Shown here: one piece after another, positions 1-9,475 of the stretch | Numbering within the stretch: the stretch's first letter is position 1 | Layout of the letters: the number at the start of each line of letters is the position of its first letter | Assembly (NCBI RefSeq): GCF_001317345.1 | Contig: NZ_JXCG01000008.1 | Span: 46,620 to 78,619 of the forward strand | DNA from: Thermococcus sp. EP1 | GTDB taxonomy: Archaea > Methanobacteriota_B > Thermococci > Thermococcales > Thermococcaceae | Length of the DNA stretch: 32,000 nucleotides | Direction: 5' to 3' | Notes under the pieces: model-generated | Seen by the model: the letters and a program-made list of their open reading frames with translations, nothing else | What the model was told of the DNA's origin: nothing | The model's database searches: none | Program-made: the position numbers and the translations under genes

Positions 1-834
1 AAGGCTTGTGAGTGGAGAGGAGACATACACTTCAATCTTTACTGGCTTGCATTTGCCTCAATTTTGGAGGATTCTTCTCTTGCTAAAAAAGATGGAAAGG
101 GCCTTAAAATTGTTAGAAAAGAGCCAAAGGGAAGACCTAAAGAATTATTTATGTCCAAACTCAAACAAATGTATCACGATATAAAAACAATAAAATCCCA
201 ACTTTATCCACACAGAAAAGCTGAAGTGGAAGTTATAAATGGGGATACAAGAAAATTAAAGGAAATTCCTGATAATTATGTGAATGCGATTGTGTTCTCG
301 CCTCCTTACTGCAACACTTTTGACTATACTGAAGTCTATAAGGTAGAATTGTGGATGCTCGATTTTGTTAAGAATTATGAGGAATTTAGGAAACTAAGAA
401 ATAGAACTCTCAGATCCCACAATCTATTCAATTCAGATGAGATTAAGAGATGGAAACAAGAGAAAGATGGAAAGTGGAGGAGTGGAGTTCTTGAAGAGAT
501 TATTGAGTTTTTAAGAACAGAGAGACTGTGGAGTCCAATTATTCCAGATATGGTTCAAGCATACTTTGATGACATGTACATTGCAACAAAAAACTTTTTC
601 AGAATAATGGAGGAAGGAGATGTTGCAATTGTTGTTGGAAACTCGGCTTATGCTGGAGTGGTAATACCCACAGATTTGCTCCTCATGAAAATGGCTCAAG
701 AACTTGGTTTTAAGCCAAAAGCAATTTATTTCGTGAGAAGACTTGGAACCAGCTCACAGCAACTTAAAATCTTGAAAGAAGCACATATTAGAGATTTGTT
801 GAGGGAAACAATAGTTGTGTATTCAAAAGAGTGA
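1..834 (+). CDS. DNA methyltransferase (N6-adenine/N4-cytosine class), C-terminal part; the 5' end lies off-window
   Basis: Frame 1 is open from nt 1, with no stop before the TTG at 64 used by the ORF track. Catalytic motif IV F-S-P-P-Y is at nt 295-309, preceded by the typical 'GD..KL..IPD..VNAIV' strand. No AdoMet motif I (FxGxG) is visible in the window, so it is presumably upstream. Confidence 0.7.
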   Translation, partial: KACEWRGDIHFNLYWLAFASILEDSSLAKKDGKGLKIVRKEPKGRPKELFMSKLKQMYHDIKTIKSQLYPHRKAEVEVINGDTRKLKEIPDNYVNAIVFSPPYCNTFDYTEVYKVELWMLDFVKNYEEFRKLRNRTLRSHNLFNSDEIKRWKQEKDGKWRSGVLEEIIEFLRTERLWSPIIPDMVQAYFDDMYIATKNFFRIMEEGDVAIVVGNSAYAGVVIPTDLLLMKMAQELGFKPKAIYFVRRLGTSSQQLKILKEAHIRDLLRETIVVYSKE

Positions 835-1033
835 TTTCCATGTTGAGTTCTCTTTTGTAGAGCTTATTCTTAGAGCGAAGAGAAAGTAAGTAGTAAATTA
901 TACCTTCAAATTTTTTAGATTTATCAAAAAGCTTATATCCCCATCTTGACAAGAATGTAACAACAAAGAGTTAGTAGACCTCTTAGAAGGCCTCATTCCA
1001 AAAAGGCCGAATGGGATTTATTTCAGGTAATTT

Positions 1034-1095
1034 GCCAATGATGAGTGTCATCCCAGCCGATGGAAAGATGACGACGTTTTATCCCCACCTGAGGT
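1034..1095 (+). ncRNA. Candidate C/D box sRNA (2'-O-methylation guide)
   Basis: Box order is C AUGAUGA (1038-1044), 12-nt spacer, D'-like CCGA (1057-1060), 7-nt loop, C'-like AUGACGA (1068-1074), 14-nt spacer, D CUGA (1089-1092). A short terminal pairing GCC(1034-1036)/GGU(1093-1095) is possible. It lies in a 397-nt non-coding gap. Confidence 0.5.
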
Positions 1096-1231
1096 GCCCT
1101 CAACTATGAACCCCTCCTTTTAAGGGGGGAAGAATAGAATTATCATCTAAATCTTTGGAACATTTAGATATATACCTCTTTCTAAGAAAGCCCTATAAAA
1201 TTAAATTCCAATTAATCAGTTAGGTGAAGTA

Positions 1232-1711
1232 ATGAGAATCTGTATCCTCTACGACACTAAAAGAGGCTCAACTGAGAAAGTGGCCCTTAAAATAGGTGAG
1301 GCCCTTAAAGAAAAAGCAGAGGTCAAAGTAGAAAGAGTGAGTAATAGTTTCAAAGTAGAAAACTGTGACCTAATTATAATTGGGGCACCAATTTACTATG
1401 AAAGGCCACTTCCAAGTGTTATAAACTTCATCCGATCAAAAAATGGGCTTGAAGGCAAAAAAGTTGCTATCTTCATTCTATGTATAGCGGACAAGTTCGG
1501 AGAATTTGGAAAAAAGTACACCGAAAAGCGGTATATGAGGTTAATGACCAATCCAATCAAAGGAGAAATAATAGCAAGGAAAGTCTTCGACGGCTGGATA
1601 CTAAATGAGAACCCAAAAACCCTAGAAGATGCAAAACAATGGGCTCTACGGGTACTAAAAGCATTTCAAACTGAAAAGATCATCGCAGGAGTAGAGCACC
1701 CCAATGAGTGA
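1232..1711 (+). CDS. Flavodoxin-like protein (short-chain, HemG/flavodoxin_5-like)
   Basis: 159-aa ORF with AGGTGA 5 nt upstream of the ATG. The N-terminal 'ILYDTKRGSTEKVA' matches the flavodoxin FMN phosphate loop (T/S-x-x-G-x-T-E). The beta-alpha-beta layout includes 'LIIIGAPIY'. Confidence 0.7.
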   Translation: MRICILYDTKRGSTEKVALKIGEALKEKAEVKVERVSNSFKVENCDLIIIGAPIYYERPLPSVINFIRSKNGLEGKKVAIFILCIADKFGEFGKKYTEKRYMRLMTNPIKGEIIARKVFDGWILNENPKTLEDAKQWALRVLKAFQTEKIIAGVEHPNE

Positions 1712-1717
1712 TAACGG

Positions 1718-1722
1718 TTTTT
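1718..1722 (+). terminator. Oligo-T tract downstream of the flavodoxin gene
   Basis: TTTTT lies 7 nt after the TGA stop (1709-1711). Archaeal intrinsic termination uses oligo-T runs. Confidence 0.35.
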
Positions 1723-1849
1723 GCTAACTTGAAAAAGATCACATTCTCAGGCTAACCTTAATAAACCTAGGACTTATCCAATATTAGACAACCCAAGACA
1801 CCTTGTACTGCTCCATGGGATTGGGATATGTTTCAACTGAGGTGATTTC

Positions 1850-2311
1850 ATGTTTGGCTTTTTAAGAAAAAAGAAGAAAAAATACGGAATCCCAATATAC
1901 GTAAGTGAACCCACCATTATTTATCATACTCAAACTGAACGGGCCGCTTTAAAGATTATAGAAGAAAGACTAAACTCCAATAACTTTATACTTCCCTCTG
2001 AATATGGATTAAAACCTACTCACCACATGATAAAAGATGCAGAGATCTTTGTCGCTATTGGTATAGTTGGTAAATTTACTTCCTTGGTTGTGAGAGAAAT
2101 AAAAACTGCTCAGGAACTAAAGAAAAAAATATACACCCTAAACGTTGCTAGAAAAGGAAACGAGATTTATTATGATTTCTTTGAGGGAATACCCGAAGAT
2201 ATGGAATGGTTGAATGAAGAAGAAACCAACCAACTCTACGAAGACTTCAGAGGGGAGGAGTTCTCTGGATTTATGAAAATATTTCTGGGAGATAGAAGAA
2301 GACAGTGGTAG
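1850..2311 (+). CDS. Hypothetical protein; possible Rossmannoid nucleoside 2-deoxyribosyltransferase-like/TIR-like fold
   Basis: 153-aa ORF with GAGGTGA 5 nt upstream of the ATG. It has an N-terminal poly-Lys (RKKKKK) and alternating strand/helix segments ('IPIYVSEP', 'AEIFVAIGIVGKFTSLVVREIKTAQELKKKIYTL'). I recognise no definite family. Confidence 0.6.
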   Translation: MFGFLRKKKKKYGIPIYVSEPTIIYHTQTERAALKIIEERLNSNNFILPSEYGLKPTHHMIKDAEIFVAIGIVGKFTSLVVREIKTAQELKKKIYTLNVARKGNEIYYDFFEGIPEDMEWLNEEETNQLYEDFRGEEFSGFMKIFLGDRRRQW

Positions 2312-2356
2312 TTAACCTTATTATACACCCCTACTAATTTTTTCTGGGTGAAAAAC

Positions 2357-3145
2357 ATGGTAAAAATTCCCAAAAGCCATCCGAGATATTGGAGTCTTTA
2401 CTACAGAGAAAAGATCATCGAGGGCATGGAAAAGGGCATGACCGCTAAAGCTGGCTTGATAGCCCATGGAAGGGGAGAGGCCTTCGATTACCTAATTGGA
2501 GAAAAAACCATAGAACCGGCTGAGAAAGCCATGAAGGCCGCAATTGCAAAACTCCTTCTAGCAGAATACCCGGTGGTCTCAGTAAATGGAAATGTTGCAG
2601 CTTTAGTCCCTAAAGAAACCATAGAACTCGCGAAGGCACTAGATGCAAAACTAGAAATAAATCTCTTTTACAGAACAGAAGACCGTATTAAGGCAATTGC
2701 AGAAGAGTTGAGAAAGCATGATCCCAATGTAGAACTTCTTGGCATAAACCCCACTAAAAGGATTCCAAACCTAGAAAGTGAGCGAGGCAAAGTGGACGAA
2801 AATGGGATATGGAAAGCCGATGTTGTAATTGTACCCTTGGAAGACGGTGACAGAACTGAGGCATTGGTTGCTATGGGCAAATTTATCATAACAATCGACC
2901 TAAACCCCCTCTCAAGGAGTGCGAGAATGGCAGATATAACAATAGTCGATAATATTGTAAGGGCATATCCAAGGATGATCGAACTGGCTAAAGAAATGAA
3001 AAAGCTCCCGAGAGAAGAGCTTGAGAAAATAGTGAAAGAATACAATAACGGTCAGATTTTAAATGAAGTACTCTTGCATATAAACTCCAGACTAGAAAAG
3101 CTGTCTAAGGAAGGAGTTTGGAGAAAAAAGGAACTCCCAACCTAG
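2357..3145 (+). CDS. Archaeal phosphopantothenate synthetase (4-phosphopantoate--beta-alanine ligase, COG1701 family)
   Basis: '[20 protein letters not shown]...[19 protein letters not shown]' resembles the archaeal PPS family used in CoA biosynthesis. The ATG at 2357 is preceded by GGGTGA. The ORF track starts at GTG 2348. Confidence 0.65.
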   Translation: MVKIPKSHPRYWSLYYREKIIEGMEKGMTAKAGLIAHGRGEAFDYLIGEKTIEPAEKAMKAAIAKLLLAEYPVVSVNGNVAALVPKETIELAKALDAKLEINLFYRTEDRIKAIAEELRKHDPNVELLGINPTKRIPNLESERGKVDENGIWKADVVIVPLEDGDRTEALVAMGKFIITIDLNPLSRSARMADITIVDNIVRAYPRMIELAKEMKKLPREELEKIVKEYNNGQILNEVLLHINSRLEKLSKEGVWRKKELPT

Positions 3146-3870
3146 CCTTTTTCACTCTTTTCGACAAGTGCCCTTAGATTTAGAATAAGTTCATTTTCGT
3201 CTTTAACGTGTGAGACTACTAGTGGCACCCTTTCTCTTTCAGCTATTTTTACCGCAAGTTCATCGAGGTTTTTGACGCCATACAACACAACTACAGCGGG
3301 TTTTAGTCCTTGTACCCTTATTGCTATCATTGGGCTTCTTCCAGTAGTAACTTTTGTGAATATTAATGCCCTCTCTGTGGTCCACCCATAGAGTTTTAGA
3401 AATTCGTCACTGCTCATTTCAAGTATAGCTTGAATACTATCTATCACTGTGTAGCCGTAAATCTTCCTACCAAGTAAATCTTCATTAGCGACAACTTCTC
3501 CTTTTACTGCCTTCAATATGTCTTTTACCGTGACAGGAAAGGCAAACTCTCTTATATCAAGAATAGCATTAGTGGGTAGGTCACCGCCGATAGTCCGACT
3601 GAATGCTCTTATAACGTTTCCTCCACGTTTTTCATCTATCACTAGAAGAGCTTCAACAAACTTTCTAATAGTTGATGCTCCAGGACTTTTTCTTCGTCCA
3701 CCTTCATAATCACTAATTACCGAAGAAGACACCCCTAAATGCTCTGCAAGTTCAGTTTGACTTATACCAAATATTTCTCTCCATTTTCTCATGGTTTTTC
3801 CAGGGTCAGAAGATAAAGTTATTTCCCCCGCAATTCTCTTGGCCAAAGCTTCCTTCTCTTTCTCCAACAT
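3142..3870 (-). CDS. XRE-type HTH transcriptional regulator with an uncharacterised C-terminal domain (COG2522-like)
   Basis: The helix-turn-helix '[25 protein letters not shown]' sits near the N-terminus of the 242-aa ORF. GTGAGGAA lies upstream of the ATG. Confidence 0.7.
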   Translation of the reverse strand: MLEKEKEALAKRIAGEITLSSDPGKTMRKWREIFGISQTELAEHLGVSSSVISDYEGGRRKSPGASTIRKFVEALLVIDEKRGGNVIRAFSRTIGGDLPTNAILDIREFAFPVTVKDILKAVKGEVVANEDLLGRKIYGYTVIDSIQAILEMSSDEFLKLYGWTTERALIFTKVTTGRSPMIAIRVQGLKPAVVVLYGVKNLDELAVKIAERERVPLVVSHVKDENELILNLRALVEKSEKG

Positions 3871-4013
3871 AGTTGATTCCTCACATTAATTTGTTATAAG
3901 TTTTTCGGCAATTGCCTATAGAAGGGGGTAATAACCCGCCCGAGTTCATCGACTCCGCCTTCGGCGGTACTCCCCGGGCAATAAAGATTGGAAGTTTTCC
4001 TTAATAACCTTTG

Positions 4014-5267
4014 CTATCCCTTCATTTCCTCTTTTATGGCCTCAGCAAGGCGTTTAACACCTTCTCTAATCTTCTCCTCAGGAACATAGGTAAAGTTAAG
4101 CCTCATGGTATTTTTCACATCCCTGTAAGCAAAGAATGCCTCTCCCGGGACATATGCAACGCCCTTGCTAACAGCCTTTTCAAACATTTCTTTTGTGTCT
4201 ATTCCTTCTGGGAGTGTTACCCAAACGAACATTCCTCCCTCGGGTACTGTCCACTTGACTCCCTCAGGCATGAACTCTTCTAGAGCTTTTAACATGGCGT
4301 CCCTTCTGGGTTTGTAGAAATCAATTATCCTTGGTATGTGAGCGTCTAAATGTCCGCCCTCAACGTATTTCCAAGCTATTACTTGGCTAAAGGTATTGGT
4401 ACATAAATCAACACTTTGTTTTGCTATCTCAAGCTTCCTTATGAAGTGAGGTTCTCCTGCGATCCAACCAATCCTAAACCCTGGAGCAAGGATCTTTGAG
4501 AAAGTTCCTAAATAGAGTACCCTTCCTTCCTCGTCCCATGACTTGATTGGTTTTACTGGTTCTCCAGAATAACGTAGTTCGCCATAGGGGTTGTCCTCCA
4601 CTATTATGAAGTCATATTGAGATGCTAATTCAAGAAGCCTCTTCCTCCTTTTCTCATTCATAGTGACTCCAGCAGGATTCTGGAATGTCGGAATAGTGTA
4701 AACTATCTTTGCCTTCTTACCCTCTTTCTCTAACTCCTGAAGCTTCTCCTCAAGAAGATCAATTCTCATACCTTCGTCATCTAACGGGATCTGAATTAAC
4801 TCGGGATCATAATACTTGAAAGCTTGAAGAGTGGCCAAATAAGTTGGACCTTCAACAATCACAATGTCTCCTGGGTTTATGAAGACCCTACCGATCAAGT
4901 CGAGCGCTTGCTGGGAACCACTGGTAATCATTATGTCTACCTTTGAAATGGGGATCTCATACCTCTGCCTCATCCACTCGGCTAGGGCCAGTCTTAATGG
5001 TGTGAATCCCTTAGTGGTCCCGTATTGGAGTGCTTGAGCAGCGTGGTTCTTGAGAACCTCTTTTGTAATCTCTTCAATTATCTCCACAGGGAATGTTTCA
5101 GGTGCTGGAAGACCTCCTGCAAGTGAAATTACATCTGAACTCTCTACAAGTTTCAGAAGCTCTCTAATCTCCGAAGCCTTCATTCCAAGTGCTTTTTCTG
5201 AGAAATATTCCTCATAATTCAAAGGTGGAGCCTCCAATTTTTCCTTGAGTCTCTTTTCAAGTTCCAT
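4014..5267 (-). CDS. PLP-dependent class I/II aminotransferase (aromatic / 2-aminoadipate / kynurenine aminotransferase-like)
   Basis: 417 aa. The PLP-lysine region 'GTFSKILAPGFRIGW' and 'NPYGELRY' are typical of this fold-type I subgroup. Confidence 0.85.
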   Translation of the reverse strand: MELEKRLKEKLEAPPLNYEEYFSEKALGMKASEIRELLKLVESSDVISLAGGLPAPETFPVEIIEEITKEVLKNHAAQALQYGTTKGFTPLRLALAEWMRQRYEIPISKVDIMITSGSQQALDLIGRVFINPGDIVIVEGPTYLATLQAFKYYDPELIQIPLDDEGMRIDLLEEKLQELEKEGKKAKIVYTIPTFQNPAGVTMNEKRRKRLLELASQYDFIIVEDNPYGELRYSGEPVKPIKSWDEEGRVLYLGTFSKILAPGFRIGWIAGEPHFIRKLEIAKQSVDLCTNTFSQVIAWKYVEGGHLDAHIPRIIDFYKPRRDAMLKALEEFMPEGVKWTVPEGGMFVWVTLPEGIDTKEMFEKAVSKGVAYVPGEAFFAYRDVKNTMRLNFTYVPEEKIREGVKRLAEAIKEEMKG

Positions 5268-5512
5268 CTTACTCGTCCTCCAAACTTTTTGATTTAATGT
5301 ACTAAAATGAACACATGGTCTATCCTATGCATTGGTAGTTTTGTGACAATTAAATATAAAGCTTTCGGCGTTGGTCGGAAACACCCTTTACTTTTGTAAA
5401 GAACAATTATAATATTATTTTATGTACACCAAAGAACATATAAAAACGCCAGTGCACAAGTAATAAAAAGAAGAGTAGTGAGGTATATAAACCACCCCTA
5501 CTAAATAAATAG

Positions 5513-7110
<1,598 letters not shown>

Positions 7111-7212
7111 CGTTTATTCACCCCCCTTAAATTAAGGTTGATGAATATGGAGGAAAGTAAATTGACTAATCCACTAATGCCCCTTTATTAGCCCTTTTTG
7201 GAAGTATTTTGG

Positions 7213-7229
7213 CGAAAAGTTTATAAATA
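7213..7229 (+). promoter_or_regulatory. BRE/TATA promoter of tRNA-His
   Basis: CGAAAAG followed by TTTATAAATA, centred about 30 nt upstream of the tRNA 5' end. Confidence 0.6.
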
Positions 7230-7254
7230 TATCCCAGATAGCTAAAGTGGACAT

Positions 7255-7332
7255 GGCCGGGGTGGTGTAGCCTGGTTAGCACAGGGGACTGTGGATCCCC
7301 TAGCCCGGGTTCAAATCCCGGCCCCGGCCCCA
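7255..7332 (+). tRNA. tRNA-His (anticodon GUG) with genomically encoded G-1 and 3' CCA
   Basis: Acceptor stem GCCGGGG(7256-7262)/CCCCGGC(7322-7328) with an extra G at 7255. Anticodon stem GGGGA/TCCCC with loop CTGTGGA and anticodon GTG at 7291-7293. T arm CCGGG-TTCAAAT-CCCGG. Discriminator C is followed by CCA (7330-7332). Confidence 0.95.
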
Positions 7333-7405
7333 GAACAACACTTCTCCCAGAATAAAACGCTTCTAAAACTCACTCTAACAAATTACATGGTAGATCCTAA
7401 GAGTT

Positions 7406-8341
7406 CTAATCTTTAATCATCTCAAGAAGCGTCCCAAAAAGCTTCACTGTTGTTACTATATCCAGGGCATTATGCTTTATTATTGGAATTACTAGGGCAA
7501 CGTCTCCAGTATTCAGGTAATAACGGTAAAAATCAGGTATCAAAGCACTTGGAACGTCTTCTCCTCTTTTAAATCCAAGTAAATATCTTTCAAGGGTTTG
7601 GAGCTTATAATTGGGAACTCCTCTAATCAGGCTTCTAGAAAAGAGAAAGACATCATAGTTTGGAATTTCAAGGCTCTCCTCAATTCCATAATACCTCAAT
7701 CTCTCCTGAATGAATGGAACATCAAAACGTCTTCCGTTAAAGGTCAGTAAAGCTTCCTTATCCCTAAAAAGCTCAAGGAACTTCAAAATTATTGCCTTCT
7801 CCTCCTCCAAATTTCTTGCAAAATACTGTCTTATAGTGAGCTCATCTTGTCTAAACTCCCCCGTCCCTATGAGAATTATTGGAGCATTAAAAAGGCCCAG
7901 AGTCTCTATATCAAGCACCAAAAACTTTTCTAAATTATGAAGAGCAGCACACTGGAGGATGAGAGGGTGCGACTTCCTAAATCTCCTCCCCATGTGTTCT
8001 AAGATTTCATAAATTCTGCGCTCCTCTAAGCATTTTAGGATCTTTGAGGCATCGTCTTTAAACCTTGGATGATTTATAAGATCTCTCAAAGTAGAATACC
8101 CTCTTTCCTTAAGCTTCTTCTCTCTGTTCGGCCCAATTCCAGGGATTAGAGATAGACAAGATAAAAGATTCCACCTTGCTCTTTCACTCTCTGGGAACCT
8201 TATTTTGACCCTTTCCTTCTTTTCTATTAAATAGCAGTTCCCAACTTCCTCTCCTGAGAATACTTCATCTAAGCTTTTTCCTCCATATCTCTCTAAGAAT
8301 CTCTTTTTAAGGCCCTCTGCCAAATAATATTCCCATTCCAT
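7406..8341 (-). CDS. RNase H-fold (DEDD-type) exonuclease-like protein with helix-hairpin-helix motif (COG3359/YprB-like)
   Basis: 'FLVLDIETLGL' is an ExoI-type motif and 'LIPGIGPNREKKLKERGYSTLRDL' is an HhH. I place the start at ATG 8341 because the longer ORF (to 8458) would swallow TATA-like boxes for both this gene and the divergent corA. Confidence 0.6.
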   Translation of the reverse strand: MEWEYYLAEGLKKRFLERYGGKSLDEVFSGEEVGNCYLIEKKERVKIRFPESERARWNLLSCLSLIPGIGPNREKKLKERGYSTLRDLINHPRFKDDASKILKCLEERRIYEILEHMGRRFRKSHPLILQCAALHNLEKFLVLDIETLGLFNAPIILIGTGEFRQDELTIRQYFARNLEEEKAIILKFLELFRDKEALLTFNGRRFDVPFIQERLRYYGIEESLEIPNYDVFLFSRSLIRGVPNYKLQTLERYLLGFKRGEDVPSALIPDFYRYYLNTGDVALVIPIIKHNALDIVTTVKLFGTLLEMIKD

Positions 8342-8423
8342 CAATGCAGTTCCCAAGAGAATAAAGGAGAAGAGTATTAAAAACACTTTGCTTTGCTGGA
8401 TGAATTTAACCTGCCTCTGGGAA

Positions 8424-8439
8424 GAGAAAACTATAATTA
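8424..8439 (+). promoter_or_regulatory. Candidate BRE/TATA promoter of corA
   Basis: GAGAAAA followed by CTATAATTA, about 45-50 nt upstream of the ATG at 8486. Confidence 0.4.
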
Positions 8440-8485
8440 CCACTAACTCCAATTCCAATTAGTAGCTTCCCTTGTGGTGTTTGAG

Positions 8486-9475
8486 ATGAATGAATCTTCC
8501 AAAATCACTGTATTTGCATACTCAAAAGATCAATTTGAAGAAAAAAGAGTCAAAAAGGTCGAAGAGGCCTTAAACTACAAAGAGTATAGTGTAGTATGGA
8601 TAAACATTGATGGTATCGAGCATTTAGAAGAGCTAAAGAGAATTTTTGGATTCCATGACGTGGCAATTAAAGCCATACTCAGGGCAAAAAGCCGTGCGAG
8701 AGTTGCAATCCTAAAAGACCATCTTTTTATCTTACTTCACCAAGTCTATGAATTAAAAGGTGGGCTGAAAAAAGAAAGAACTGCAATTTTTCTCAAAGAC
8801 AATTTTGTAATTACTCTGCAAGAGCGCTCTGGAGATGTGTTTAACCCAATAAGAGAAAGTATACGACATGGTGAAGGCATTTTTAGAGAGCGTGGTGCAG
8901 ACTACCTAACCTTTGCCCTCCTCGATGCAATAGTCGAAAACTATGTACCTATATTAGAAAACATCAGCACTCAAATGGAAGTAGTAGAGAACAAAGTGCT
9001 AAAAAACGGAGATAAAGATGCTCTTCGCAAGATACACGGAATCCGAAGGCGGATTTTATTTGCAAGACGCACTATATTTCCCCTTCTAGAAGTTTTTAGG
9101 AGACTACGACTCGAGGGGAAAGAGTTCTTCACCGAGGAAACACAAGGGTATTTAGAAGAACTTTACAACCATGTTATGGAAGTCCTTGATATTATTGAGA
9201 ACCAACGAGAAATGGCCAGCGGCTTGGTGGAAATATATTACTCTACCCTCTCCATGAAAACAAACGACATTATAAGAATACTAACGGTTGTTTCCACGAT
9301 TTTCATTCCTTTAACATTCATAACAGGTATATACGGAATGAACTTCAATTCAAGAATCTCTCCATACAATATGCCTGAGCTCAACTGGTACTATGGCTAT
9401 CCCATTACACTTTTAATGATGCTTGCAATAGCCCTCGGGATGTTATACTACTTCAAAAGAAAAGAATGGCTATAG
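8486..9475 (+). CDS. corA: CorA-family Mg2+/Co2+ transporter
   Basis: The signature 'YGMNF' sits between two C-terminal TM helices, after a long cytoplasmic N-domain. The ATG at 8486 is preceded by GGTG. The ORF track starts at GTG 8474. Confidence 0.9.
   Translation: MNESSKITVFAYSKDQFEEKRVKKVEEALNYKEYSVVWINIDGIEHLEELKRIFGFHDVAIKAILRAKSRARVAILKDHLFILLHQVYELKGGLKKERTAIFLKDNFVITLQERSGDVFNPIRESIRHGEGIFRERGADYLTFALLDAIVENYVPILENISTQMEVVENKVLKNGDKDALRKIHGIRRRILFARRTIFPLLEVFRRLRLEGKEFFTEETQGYLEELYNHVMEVLDIIENQREMASGLVEIYYSTLSMKTNDIIRILTVVSTIFIPLTFITGIYGMNFNSRISPYNMPELNWYYGYPITLLMMLAIALGMLYYFKRKEWL

Noticed and set aside
1011-1109. 32-codon plus-strand ORF (MGFISGNLPMMSVIPADGKMTTFYPHLRCPQL) overlapping the C/D sRNA candidate.
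   Set aside because: It has no SD-like motif upstream and no recognisable peptide features. The C/D box arrangement explains the sequence better. It is kept only as the alternative hypothesis.
1753-2330. Similar 'TAACCTTA(A/T)TA' strings upstream of ORF 1850 (about 1753-1767) and upstream of the PPS gene (about 2312-2326).
   Set aside because: They are best explained as ordinary BRE/TATA promoter elements rather than a repeat or mobile-element boundary.
2668-3045. 125-aa minus-strand ORF. Similar long antisense ORFs occur at 10052-10489, 17315-17680, 19054-19404, 22529-22969, 23594-23797 and 25462-25674.
   Set aside because: All are embedded opposite confidently identified genes (PPS, ATR/racemase, gltX, infB, rgy, acdA). 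Their translations are Ser/Leu/Phe-rich and low-complexity, as expected for shadow frames of purine-rich sense codons. None has an RBS or recognisable motifs.
7137-7180. A second possible C/D box sRNA (UUGAUGA at 7138-7144) between taw3 and tRNA-His.
   Set aside because: There is no CUGA D box at a suitable distance and no credible C'/D' boxes. The TGATGA is an isolated match.
7255-7405. tRNA-His as a possible integration site for a mobile element.
   Set aside because: I saw no direct repeat of the tRNA 3' half elsewhere in the window and no integrase nearby. The flanking genes look chromosomal.
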